64,000 nucleotides of DNA from assembly GCA_963699755.1 (NCBI GenBank), contig CAVOVB010000001.1:1760105-1824104 (forward strand), given 5' to 3'. The translations under genes were made by a program, and so were the position numbers. Below, piece by piece: positions 9,827 to 19,124 of this stretch (position 1 is its first letter; each line of letters begins with the position of its first letter). The stretch comes from an uncultured delta proteobacterium (lineage in GTDB: Bacteria > Myxococcota_A > Polyangia > Polyangiales > Houyiibacteriaceae). The notes under the pieces were generated by a model that ran no database searches, was not told where the DNA came from, and saw only the letters and a list, made by a program, of their open reading frames with translations.

Positions 9827-10903
9827 ATGGACCCGGTTACTTCAGACGCGATCGATCTCATCGAAGTCGCCTACGACCTCGAGAAGTCGGACGCCGATTG
9901 GCTTTCTGGCCTGATGGACGCGGCGGCGCCGATGATCGATCAAGGCCATGGTATGTTTGGCTTTGCCTTCGTTCACGGGCCAGGCGGCGGAGGCCGAGAT
10001 GCGGTCATTCAGGACATGCAGCTCCGGTCGCTTCCGTCCGATTTCCAGGAGCGATTCATCGCTGCCACCCAAGCGCTGTCCCCCGAGTTCGTACGAGCGG
10101 TCACGCCTCCGGGCTATGCCGGGATCTGGAGCGAGATCGCACGCGATCATCCCAAAGAGCTGCAGGCTCTTCTCGAAAAGCTCGGCTGGGTGGACGTGTT
10201 TGGCATGACCGCGATCGACCCGGACGGCGTCGGAGTCGACATCAGCGCGCCGCTCCAGGAGACCATGAAGCTCAGCCGCAAGTCGCGGGAGCGCTGGCAG
10301 ATGCTCGGCGCCCACATCGCCTCCGCCTATCGTCTTCGTCGTGCGTTGATTCGTAGTGAAGGCGAATTGGACAACGATGCTCATGAGCTTCCGTTGGGCG
10401 CCGAGGCGGTGCTCGACGCACGTGATCTCCGTATCGTCGACGCCATCGGGCTTGCCAAGGACCGCAACGCCGGGGAGATCTTGCGGAGGGCTGCGCGGCG
10501 TGTCGACAAAGCGCGCGGAACGCTACGCAAAGACGACCCGCGCAAAGCGCTGGAAACCTGGAAGGCGCTCGTGAGCGGACGTTGGAGCGTGGTGGACTGG
10601 TTCGACGGCGATGGTCGGCGCTTCGTGCTTGCGAAGCCCAATCCGCCGAAGGTGTTCGACCCTCGTGGGCTGAGCGAGCAGGAATGCCAGGTCGTCACCT
10701 ACGTTCTTCTCGGCGATACGAACAAGCTCATCGCTTATCGCCTCGGTCTGTCACAGGGTCGTGTCTCGGTCCTGCTGAAGTCCGCGATGCACAAGCTCGG
10801 TGCGAAGAGCAAGGCGCAGCTGGTTCAGAAGCTCGGGCCTCTCGGCGTTCCTACGTTCACGAACGGCGAGTGGGTGGCCGAGCTCGCGATCGCCGCGTCT
10901 TAG
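9827..10903 (+). CDS. LuxR-family transcriptional regulator (paralog 1)
   Basis: 358 aa. C-terminal LuxR/GerE HTH: LSEQECQVVTYVLLGDTNKLIAYRLGLSQGRVSVLLKSAMHKLG. The N-terminal domain is shared with the ORF at 13876..14901. Confidence 0.8.
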   Translation: MDPVTSDAIDLIEVAYDLEKSDADWLSGLMDAAAPMIDQGHGMFGFAFVHGPGGGGRDAVIQDMQLRSLPSDFQERFIAATQALSPEFVRAVTPPGYAGIWSEIARDHPKELQALLEKLGWVDVFGMTAIDPDGVGVDISAPLQETMKLSRKSRERWQMLGAHIASAYRLRRALIRSEGELDNDAHELPLGAEAVLDARDLRIVDAIGLAKDRNAGEILRRAARRVDKARGTLRKDDPRKALETWKALVSGRWSVVDWFDGDGRRFVLAKPNPPKVFDPRGLSEQECQVVTYVLLGDTNKLIAYRLGLSQGRVSVLLKSAMHKLGAKSKAQLVQKLGPLGVPTFTNGEWVAELAIAAS

Positions 10904-11706
10904 TCCTCGAGTGCTTGCCGTCCTCGGCGCTCAGCAGCGTCCATGCCCCAGGAAAGCAGGCCCGGAAACAAGCCGATGAAGCGGATCAACTTGCCGCGCG
11001 CATTGGGCACCAGAATTTCGCTGCGTGGGTCCCGAATTGCGTCGACGATGGCCGCCGCAACTTTCTCCGGAGCCATGGGTTTCTCGGTGAAGACGACGAC
11101 GCCGGCGCGGCGCTTTCGCATGCTCTCCAACATCGGTGTTTCAACGGCGTTTGGGCAGACCACCGTCCAATGAATCGGAGCGTGCCGGTGATCGAGCGCG
11201 CAGCTGTGGGTATAGGCGCGCACGGCGTGTTTGGTCGCACAATACGTCGCCAGCTCCGGGGCCGGCGCGAACGCTGCCATGCTGGCGACGTTGATCACGT
11301 GACCGCGTTGCCGCGCGAGGAATCGAGGCAGGATGGTGCGCACGCCATTCATCACACCGATGAGGTTCACTTCGACCGTCAGGCGGTCATCCTCGGCGGA
11401 CACCTGATCACAGGGCCCTGGCAGACAGATCCCCGCATTGTTGATCAGGACGTCGATCGGACCCCCTTGCTTTTCAGCGTCGTCGACGACTTTCTTCCAA
11501 GCCGTGAGGTCGCGTACGTCGAGGACGGCCGTCTCGATGCAGGGGAGCCCTTCGCGCAGCCGGAAAAGCGCTTCGATGTCGATGTCGACCGCAATCACAC
11601 GGTGGCCCGCCTCGACGCAAAGCCGCGCAATCGCGGCGCCGATGCCTTTGCCTGCGCCGGTGACGAGGGTTCGCTTCGGCGCTTCGTTCCTTGCTGCCTG
11701 GCTCAT
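10900..11706 (-). CDS. SDR-family oxidoreductase
   Basis: TLVTGAGKGIGAAIA Rossmann motif and YCATKHAV catalytic YxxxK. Start placed at the Met forming an ATGA overlap with the upstream SDR stop; the track ORF extends to 11721. Confidence 0.85.
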   Translation of the reverse strand: MSQAARNEAPKRTLVTGAGKGIGAAIARLCVEAGHRVIAVDIDIEALFRLREGLPCIETAVLDVRDLTAWKKVVDDAEKQGGPIDVLINNAGICLPGPCDQVSAEDDRLTVEVNLIGVMNGVRTILPRFLARQRGHVINVASMAAFAPAPELATYCATKHAVRAYTHSCALDHRHAPIHWTVVCPNAVETPMLESMRKRRAGVVVFTEKPMAPEKVAAAIVDAIRDPRSEILVPNARGKLIRFIGLFPGLLSWGMDAAERRGRQALED

Positions 11707-12572
11707 GCCCATGGGCCCCACTTGTACATCTTCAGCAAGAGTCTGTCGGCCATTCGATCGGGTAGGGCGCCGAACATGCGCGCCGCGGTTCGCGCGCCCT
11801 TCGGGACGAAGTAGCGTGTCTTCGGGGACGGAGCCGTGGCTGCTTGGACCACGGCGTTGCCAACCTCCTCGGGAGAAACGGCGCTCTTGAGCTGATCGGT
11901 GACAAATGCATCCAAATCTTCCATCAGCTGTCGGTAAGGATTGCCCGGATCATTGCGCAGGTGTTGCCCAGCCGCCCGAGACTTGTCGAAGGTCGGGGTA
12001 TCGACGAAACCGGGCACGATCACGCTCAGTTTGATGTTCCAGGGCGAGAGCTCGAGCCGCATGCAGGCCGTGAGGGCTTCCATGCCGCCTTTGGTGGCGG
12101 CGTATGCCGACGCGAGCGGTGCGCCTACGTATCGGGTCAGCGAGCTGATGTTGATGATCCGCCCACCGCCCTGCTCGCGCATCGTCGGTGTCAGCTCCGC
12201 GATCAGTTGCATTCCCGAGAGCAGGTTCACATCGAACACATGCCGCATCCCTTCGCGATCCATCTGCTCGAGCGCGTAGGAAGGGCCGTATCCGGCGTTG
12301 TTGACCAGGACGTCTACCCGGCCAAACGCATCGAGCGCTCTTTGCACCAGCGCCGACGTCTGCTCGGCGTCGCTCAGGTCGGTGGGCACGCTCAGGGCCG
12401 TGCCTCCGTCTGCGCGGATGCGAGTGGCGAGTTGATCGAGCAGCTCTGCGCGGCGGGCGGCAACGACCACCGAATAGCCCGCTTTGGCCAGGCAATGCGC
12501 AGTCGCCTCACCAATGCCAGACGATGCGCCTGTGACGATCGCCACACGCAATGGGTTCTCTTTCTCGCTCAT
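11703..12572 (-). CDS. SDR-family oxidoreductase
   Basis: 289 aa with VAIVTGASSGIGEATA, NNAG and YAATKGGM motifs. Confidence 0.88.
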   Translation of the reverse strand: MSEKENPLRVAIVTGASSGIGEATAHCLAKAGYSVVVAARRAELLDQLATRIRADGGTALSVPTDLSDAEQTSALVQRALDAFGRVDVLVNNAGYGPSYALEQMDREGMRHVFDVNLLSGMQLIAELTPTMREQGGGRIINISSLTRYVGAPLASAYAATKGGMEALTACMRLELSPWNIKLSVIVPGFVDTPTFDKSRAAGQHLRNDPGNPYRQLMEDLDAFVTDQLKSAVSPEEVGNAVVQAATAPSPKTRYFVPKGARTAARMFGALPDRMADRLLLKMYKWGPWA

Positions 12573-12664
12573 TCGCTCTCCGAGTTTTGCCGCCTATGGA
12601 GGGGCGTGCTACTCGACGCAACGCGACGCGATGCCTGTAGCGCCTCCCCACCGAACCCGCATCG

Positions 12665-13867
12665 ATGCGCGTCCTCAACCGTGTGGGACCCGTCTTGGCG
12701 CCCGGATGGCCTTCGCTCGACCCCGACCGGATCATTCGCGCGGCGTCGGACGCTGCAGAATCCGAAGAAATCGGCGATCCACATTTCCTCGAGGCGATCC
12801 CGGTGTTTTTTGACGCCATCGCGCGCGAAGCCGACTTGAGTTGGCTCGGCCGCGTGATGTGTCGTCAGTCGCTGCTGGGCTTTCTCCAAAATCGATTCAG
12901 CGTCTACCGGCATCGCGCCGCATATCCCGAGCTCGCCGGGGTTCCGATCGAGCGTCCCCTCTTCATCGTGGGGTTCCCGCGCACGGGGACGACGATTCTC
13001 TTCAACCTGCTTGCCCAGGACCCTTCAAACCGGGTGCCGTTGGGTTGGGAGGTGCAATTCCCTGATCCGCCGCCACAAAGCGTGACGTACCGAAGCGACG
13101 CCCGCATCCCAAAAGCTCGCACGTATTTCGGTCACATGGATACGATGGCGCCGTCTCTCGCGTCGATCCACGAAGTGGGCGCGGAGCTTCCACAGGAATG
13201 CATGCCCATCCTTGCGCAAAGCATGCTCGGGCCTCAGTTCAACGTGACCTTCAACGTGCCGAGCTACCAAGCTTGGGTCGACGCGCAGAGTCACGCTCCC
13301 GCCTACAAGTTTCATCGGCACTACCTCGAACACCTGCAAAGCAGGCACATGAAGGACCGATGGGTGCTCAAGAGCCCGGTGCACCTGCGCTCGCTGGACG
13401 CCCTGCTCACCGAGTACCCCGACGCGCGGATCATTTTCACGCATCGCGACCCGGCGAAAACCGTTCCTTCGCTCGCAAGTCTCTTCTACGTCATTCGTGG
13501 AATGGCTAGCGATTCGGTCGATCCAATCGCGCTCGGGCAACAGCAGATGCACTGGTGGGCGGATTCGCTCGACCTGGCGACCGCAGTGCGGAAGAAGCGT
13601 GGGGACAAGTCCGAACAGTTCGTGGACATTCAGTTCGAAGAGGTGGTCGCCGACCCGGTTGCCTCCCTCGGGCGCGCCTACGATCAATTTGGCATGCCTT
13701 GGTCCAGCGACGTCGAACGGCGCATGCGCGCGTTTCTCGCGAATAATCCGCGTGGCAAGCACGGCTCGCACCAATACGCAATCGAAGACTTCGGCATGAC
13801 GCTCGGCCAGATTCGCCAGCGTTTCGAGGGCTACTGCGAGACCCACGACGTCCCGCTCGTCGTCTAG
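12665..13867 (+). CDS. sulfotransferase-family protein
   Basis: 400 aa. PAPS 5'-phosphosulfate-binding-loop-like FIVGFPRTGTTILFNLL, and a later RIIFTHRDPAKT (3'-PB-like) motif. Confidence 0.75.
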   Translation: MRVLNRVGPVLAPGWPSLDPDRIIRAASDAAESEEIGDPHFLEAIPVFFDAIAREADLSWLGRVMCRQSLLGFLQNRFSVYRHRAAYPELAGVPIERPLFIVGFPRTGTTILFNLLAQDPSNRVPLGWEVQFPDPPPQSVTYRSDARIPKARTYFGHMDTMAPSLASIHEVGAELPQECMPILAQSMLGPQFNVTFNVPSYQAWVDAQSHAPAYKFHRHYLEHLQSRHMKDRWVLKSPVHLRSLDALLTEYPDARIIFTHRDPAKTVPSLASLFYVIRGMASDSVDPIALGQQQMHWWADSLDLATAVRKKRGDKSEQFVDIQFEEVVADPVASLGRAYDQFGMPWSSDVERRMRAFLANNPRGKHGSHQYAIEDFGMTLGQIRQRFEGYCETHDVPLVV

Positions 13868-13875
13868 CGAAGGAT

Positions 13876-14901
13876 TTAGTCCAGCGCCTGGAAGTCACCC
13901 ATCCGCTTCACCAGCTGCGCGCGGGTACGAAGCCCCAGTTTGCGCATGGAGCTCCGGAGGAGCGTCGAAATACGAGACCTCGACAGGCCCAGGCGATAGG
14001 CGATCATCTTGTTGCTGTGGCCGAGCACCGCATAGGATACGACCTGGCGTTCGCGTTCGCTGAGGCCCCGCGGGTCGGTGACATCCGGCGAGTTCGGGAT
14101 CGCCAAGACAAACCGCCTCCGGTCGGTATCGAACCAGTCGACCATCGACCAGCGCCCCCGGACCAAGGCCCTCCAGATTTCGAGCGCATTGTCGGGATCG
14201 GTGTTTCGCATCTTTCCGCGCGCGCGATCCACCGCGACCGCCGCATCGCGGAGCCTCTTTGCGGTCGTTCGATTCCTTGCAGGCCCGACCGCATCGGTGA
14301 GCCGGAAGTTGCCGGCGTCGACGATTGCCTCGGCGTCGTGCGGCAAGGCTTGTTTGCTTTCTCGCTCCGCGTCTCCATCGGCAATCCCCTGCCGCAGTCG
14401 ATGTCCGGCTTCGACGTGCGCCGCGAGCATCTGCCACCGCTGCGCCTCTTGCTGTGGCAGCGTCGTGACTTCTGGGAGAGGTGCGACGACCGCCACGCCG
14501 ACGCCTCCCGGGTCGACCGCCGTCAGAAACAGCACGTCCTTGCAGTAGTCGACGTGCGAGATGTAGTGGGCGAGCTGCCCAGGGTCATCCTTGCAGTACT
14601 CCGACCCCGTCGTTGCGGCTCCGGGGCGCAGTTGCGTCCGGAGCAGCTCCGGATCGGTGGTCGACAGAGCACGCAGGTGCCGCTCGGCGAAGTCCTTGGG
14701 TCCCGACGCAACGTGCACGTCGCGGAGCTCCACCCCCCCTGCATCGGTAGGACGGCCATACTCGTAGCCCGCGACGCCGAGGCCGTGGTCGAGGATCGGT
14801 AGGCCGCGTTTCAGCAGCTTCGGAAGCCATTCCTGGTCGCTTTGCTCGAGGTCGTACGCGGCCTCGGTGAAGTCGATGATGGCCGAGGCTACGCGGTCCA
14901 T
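13876..14901 (-). CDS. LuxR-family transcriptional regulator (paralog 2)
   Basis: 341 aa. C-terminal HTH LSERERQVVSYAVLGHSNKMIAYRLGLSRSRISTLLRSSMRKLG. N-terminal AAYDLEQSDQEWL and central RWSMVDWFDTDRRRFVLAIPN blocks mirror paralog 1. Confidence 0.8.
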   Translation of the reverse strand: MDRVASAIIDFTEAAYDLEQSDQEWLPKLLKRGLPILDHGLGVAGYEYGRPTDAGGVELRDVHVASGPKDFAERHLRALSTTDPELLRTQLRPGAATTGSEYCKDDPGQLAHYISHVDYCKDVLFLTAVDPGGVGVAVVAPLPEVTTLPQQEAQRWQMLAAHVEAGHRLRQGIADGDAERESKQALPHDAEAIVDAGNFRLTDAVGPARNRTTAKRLRDAAVAVDRARGKMRNTDPDNALEIWRALVRGRWSMVDWFDTDRRRFVLAIPNSPDVTDPRGLSERERQVVSYAVLGHSNKMIAYRLGLSRSRISTLLRSSMRKLGLRTRAQLVKRMGDFQALD

Positions 14902-15070
14902 GCCTCAGCCTCCGGCTGCTTGGGGCCTGTTGAAGGAGGCCCACATTGACTTACAAGCATCTTCGCAGAATCGCGGAGACTGGCGGCACGGTCCATAAGT
15001 AATTGTTTGCCGCCCGCCTAGTTGTAGAACTGGAAGTTTGCGTTCCGGCTACATCTGGGCAGCACGGCAG

Positions 15071-15259
15071 TCAGCGCTCTTCTTGCTCGAAGGGATTCAG
15101 GAGCTCGTTGTCGTCGAGGCTCCAGGCCGCGGAGTCCGAAGTCTCGTAGAAGGTCGTGATATCAACGTCAGCGATGCGGGGGAAGATGTCCTCCCAGGGG
15201 TCCACGAGCGGGTCGCTCCCCAGCAGCGAAACCCAAGCCATCATCGCGAGCGCGGTCAC
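15071..15259 (-). CDS. small acidic hypothetical protein
   Basis: 62-aa ORF with good GC3 bias, a GTG start and an AGGAGGAAGG-like RBS a few nt upstream. No recognisable family. Confidence 0.4.
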   Translation of the reverse strand: MTALAMMAWVSLLGSDPLVDPWEDIFPRIADVDITTFYETSDSAAWSLDDNELLNPFEQEER

Positions 15260-15359
15260 AGTGGCCTTCCTCCTATCCTTTTCAGGGTAGCGTCTCGACC
15301 GCTGAACGCCTGTATGAAACCTCGCAGTTCGTGCGGAAAGAGATGCCCGAAGGTTGCGG

Positions 15360-15431
15360 AGCGGGCGACGGGATTCGAACCCGCGACAACCTGCTTGGGA
15401 AGCAGGAACTCTACCACTGAGTTACACCCGC
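15360..15431 (-). tRNA. tRNA-Gly (anticodon CCC)
   Basis: The reverse strand reads GCGGGTG TA ACTC AGTGGTA GAGT T CCTGC TTCCCAA GCAGG ... GCGGG TTCGAAT CCCGT CGCCCGC T. This is a canonical cloverleaf with a TTCGAAT T-loop and CCC in the anticodon loop. CCA is not encoded. Confidence 0.9.
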
Positions 15432-15513
15432 AAAGAGGTGGAAGAACTAGCCCTGCTTGCTCGAGCCGTCAAGCAAGGGCGCCGCGGGGACGGAGCCCTC
15501 ACCCGGCGGTCGT

Positions 15514-16338
15514 CTAAGGGGTGTGAACGAGCGGCAGTCCGTTCGAGCCAACGGGAATGTAGACTGTCGTGTGGTTTGGCGCGCTCGCCATGCTGCGCTG
15601 GGCTTGGATCGCTTCGTGCTGCAGGTAATTCGGAGTCAGTGTCGCGTTGATGATCTTTTGCGCTGCGGCAATGCCCTTGGCTTCTTCGACTCGGATTTCC
15701 GCGTCGCGCTGCGCGATCTCCCGCTGTGTTTGCTTTTCTTCGAGCAGCTGCTTCGCTGCGAGCTTCTTTTCGACCGCTTGCGAGACCACTGCCGGGTAGT
15801 CGATGTTACCAACCGCCAGCCGAACGACCTCGAACGGCGCGTTCTCTAGGTACGCGCCCACGGCAGCTTCGATCGAGGTTGCGATATCGTCGCGCTCCGA
15901 CTTGAGCTCGCGGCTCGAGTACTCCTGGACGGATTGACGCACGATGGTTCGAAACGGTTCTTTGACGAATCGCTCGTACCATTGTGGTCCGCCGAATGCC
16001 TCCACGACCGACCGAACCTGGCCCTGTTGGACCTTCATCACGGCGTGGACGTCGAACGCTACGTTGAGGTCGTCCTTGACGAGGATGCTGAACTGCTCGG
16101 TATAGGTGGTGGGCCGCGTGTCGATGTTAATGCTTCGGTTCCGAAACGCGCTGATCCCGTAGTTCCCCGGGCCCTGCACGACGCCACGGAAGCCGCCCTC
16201 GCCGATGATGCGCGGTTCTTCGAAGACGTAGCCTTCATGGCCCGCCGGGGCATGCGGGTTCGTACAGGCGACGAGTCCGAGCGTGGCAGCCATCACGGAG
16301 GTGAGTCCGATGATGAGGGTGATGATGATGCGGCGCAT
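15514..16338 (-). CDS. SPFH/Band-7 (prohibitin-like) lipoprotein
   Basis: 274 aa. Signal peptide plus lipobox (LGLVAC), then an SPFH-like core and a coiled-coil tail (KKLAAKQLLEEKQTQREIAQRDAEIRVEEAKG). Confidence 0.8.
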   Translation of the reverse strand: MRRIIITLIIGLTSVMAATLGLVACTNPHAPAGHEGYVFEEPRIIGEGGFRGVVQGPGNYGISAFRNRSINIDTRPTTYTEQFSILVKDDLNVAFDVHAVMKVQQGQVRSVVEAFGGPQWYERFVKEPFRTIVRQSVQEYSSRELKSERDDIATSIEAAVGAYLENAPFEVVRLAVGNIDYPAVVSQAVEKKLAAKQLLEEKQTQREIAQRDAEIRVEEAKGIAAAQKIINATLTPNYLQHEAIQAQRSMASAPNHTTVYIPVGSNGLPLVHTP

Positions 16339-16461
16339 GATGACCTCCTTGATTGCTGTGCTCTTGATTTCTTATATCATAAAGCATAAGTTTATATATA
16401 CAAGCATATGTTTGTACTTTTGTATATTTTGGTGTACAAGTGCACAAATCCGGAGGGACGC
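16339..16461. promoter_or_regulatory. AT-rich divergent intergenic region with TTGTAC-N16-GTACAA inverted repeat
   Basis: 123 bp between the divergent SPFH and RHH genes. It is strikingly AT-rich for this window (..tatatcataaagcataagtttatatatacaagcatatgtttgtacttttgtatattttggtgtacaag..). Repeat arms are at 16412-16417 and 16434-16439. Confidence 0.5.
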
Positions 16462-16755
16462 ATGACCGAGGAGTTTCGACGCATCAGCCTGATGATCCGG
16501 GAGGATCAGCACGTTCGGCTTCTGGAGCTCGGCGTAAACATGAGTGGGCTCGTTCGCAGCCTGATCGACGATCACCTGAGCGAATCGAAGATTACACTCG
16601 CCGTCTCCGAAGAGACGTCACACCTGTACCAGCAGATCGTCTCGCATTCGGGCAGCACGGACGCCGACATCGAGCCCTACCTGCGCGCGGCACTCAAGAG
16701 AATGCTCAAAGATCGGATCGCCCAAATGGAAAAGCTCCACCGCTCGATCAAATAG
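16462..16755 (+). CDS. ribbon-helix-helix (CopG-like) small protein
   Basis: Internal ATG at 16462 preceded by GGAGGGA. 97 aa: MTEEFRRISLMIREDQHVRLLELGVNMSGLVRSLIDDHL has a beta-strand/helix/helix pattern typical of RHH DNA binders. Confidence 0.6.
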   Translation: MTEEFRRISLMIREDQHVRLLELGVNMSGLVRSLIDDHLSESKITLAVSEETSHLYQQIVSHSGSTDADIEPYLRAALKRMLKDRIAQMEKLHRSIK

Positions 16756-16764
16756 AGACGCTCG

Positions 16765-19118
16765 ATGAGATTCTGGCTTTGCTTCATTTTGGGTTTCGCT
16801 GCGTTTGCGGCGGTGGCGCTGGCCCAGGATGTGCTGGCGCCCAAGGTGAAGTCGCTCCCTGGCATCGAGGTGCCAGCTGGCGTGGAGACGCCGGAGTCAG
16901 GTCTCGTGCGGGTCATGGTGCGTATTGATCCAGACGGGAAGGGAGTCGTAGAGAAATGCGACGCTGGCCGCGCGCTTTGCGATCTGGCGATCGAGGCGAT
17001 TCGGCAGGCGGAGTTCGAGCCCGCGACCCGCGACGAAACCCCGGTGCCGTCGGAGATCAGCGTCGAGCTTCGCGTGAGGAAACCGGTCGCCGAGGAAGCT
17101 CCCGGAAGGGGCTTCTGCAGAAACTTTGCTCGAACCCGAGAGGATCGAAGTCGAAAAGGAGCTGGTCTTCTCCGAAACCGCCGAGGTGGACGCGCGTGTG
17201 CAGGTGCCGATCAGGCTGGAGCTCGATGGAGTCCGAAGTATCCCCGGGACCTTTGGCGAGCCGTTTCGAATTCTCGAGATGATGCCGGGCACCGTGCCGG
17301 TCGCCAACGGCCAACCCTACGTTTACGTTCGTGGCGCCCCGCCGTCGGGGACGGTCTATCTTTACGACGACATTCCGGTTCCTTTGCTGTTTCACTCCGC
17401 CCTTGGCCCCGCGACGCTGCACTCGGGTCTCATCGGCGGGATCGAGCTCTACTCCGGCGCGGCACCCGCTCGCTACGGGCGAAGTACCGGTGGTGTCGTG
17501 GCTGGGACGGCTCGCGGAATTCCAAGCGATAGAGTCCATGGGGAAGCCGAGCTTCGCGCGATCGACGTTTCTGCCCTGCTCAACGTTCCGATGCCCAAAG
17601 AGGGATCGATGACGTTTGCGGGCCAGTACGGCTTTCCGAACCTCTTGCTCGGCGCGATCGGTGTCGATGCCGACGTGAACTACTGGGACTACCAGTACCG
17701 CACCGGCGTTGCGATGAGCTCTCGATCACGCTTCGAGATGGTCGCGTTTGGCGGCAGGGACAATTCGGTCTTCGACGCCAGCAATGCCCAAGAACGGCTC
17801 GGCTTCGACCTCCAGTTTCACCGGGCTGAAGCCCGCTTCATCGGAAAGCTCGAGAAATGGGACTTCGTCGGAACGATGCTCTACGGATACGACTTCTCCA
17901 ATGTCGAAGATGCTTCGCTCAGCGCGGTCTCCAACGCGGGCGCGAACATTCATCGGTTTGGACCGAGGTTCTGGGCGACCTACGGTGCCCCCAAAGTGCA
18001 GGTCCGGGTCGGTGGGGACCTCGAGGGCCTCTTCGGTCCGGCGGATTGCACCGAAACCGGCGAAATCGGTGAGCTGCCGACGATCCCGAGCGTATCGACC
18101 CCATGTGACCGTGAATTCGCGCAGCAAGATCGACGAGTCATCGCTGGCGCGTTCGTCGATGCAAATCTGTCGCTGGTCCCGTGGTTGGATCTTTCGCTCG
18201 GCGTCCGCGCGGATATGTGGAGCACCGGTGGCTTCCGGAACGCGGCGGTCAATCCACGCGCTCGAGCGACGTTTCACGCGTACGAAGTCGCGGACATCTT
18301 CGTTGGATGGGGGCTTGGCGCCAGGCCCGCGACCTTTGCGATTCCACTCCCTGGGCTTGGTGACGTGCCTCTGGAGGCCGGCCTCCAGTACGCCAACCAG
18401 ACCGAGGGCGGAGTTCGATTTTACCTGCCACACGACCTCACGTTTGAAACGCGCGGCTATCTCAACATCTATCGGGACCTTCGCTTCGTCGACATCTTCA
18501 CCAATCCGCAGATCACCGGCAGGCACCCCTCAGAATCCCTTCCCCGCCGGCACGATCGACGACTCCGCGGACGGGAAGAGCTACGGCTTGGAAGTGCTGC
18601 TTCAACGTCCATTCGAGGTCGGATTTTCCACCCTCGTGAGTTATACACTTGGCTTCAGCGACCTCACCGCCACAGGCGCGTTGCTCGACGGAAGCACACA
18701 GTCCTTCGATTACACCCCGTCTTACGACGTTCGCCACGTCATGAATGGTGTGCTCGCCTGGAGAGCCAAGTTTGGTCTCATGATCAGCGCGCGCGTGTTT
18801 GCCAGGTCAGGCCGAGCGGAAGGGTGGCTCTGGCTGGACCAGGCAGGCGCCATTCAGCAGTACGTGCAGCGCGTCCCCTGGTTCGTGCGGCTCGACGCGA
18901 AGATCGCCTACGAATGGGCTAAGCCCGACCGACGCATGCGCGTGGCGCTCGAGTGGATCAACATCACCCAGGCGCGGGACGCTCAAGAGATCGACTCGTC
19001 GGTCATGACGGCGCCTCCGCAGTGCCAGTGGCGTGTCGGCGTTCCGGACCAGCCGTGCCCGATCCGGTTTACGACCGCCATCTGGTTTCCGAACCTCTCG
19101 TTTCGTGCGGTTTTCTGA
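16765..19118 (+). pseudogene. TonB-dependent receptor-like outer-membrane protein with N-terminal TonB-C-like domain, frame-disrupted twice
   Basis: Three consecutive track ORFs (16765, 17126, 17748) in frames 1, 2, 0 together read as one protein. It has a signal peptide, a TonB_C-like domain, a plug (IPGTFGEPFRILEMMPG, YVRGAPPSG), a barrel and a terminal ...NLSFRAVF. Frame changes fall at the CCC run near 17101-17104 and the CCCC run near 18542-18545. Confidence 0.7.
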
Positions 19119-19124
19119 GACAGC

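Noticed and set aside
14902-15431. Genomic island integrated at tRNA-Gly(CCC) covering the LuxR/SDR/sulfotransferase block
   Set aside because: No integrase, no recognisable direct repeat of the tRNA 3' end, and no visible compositional shift. Adjacency to a tRNA alone is not sufficient.
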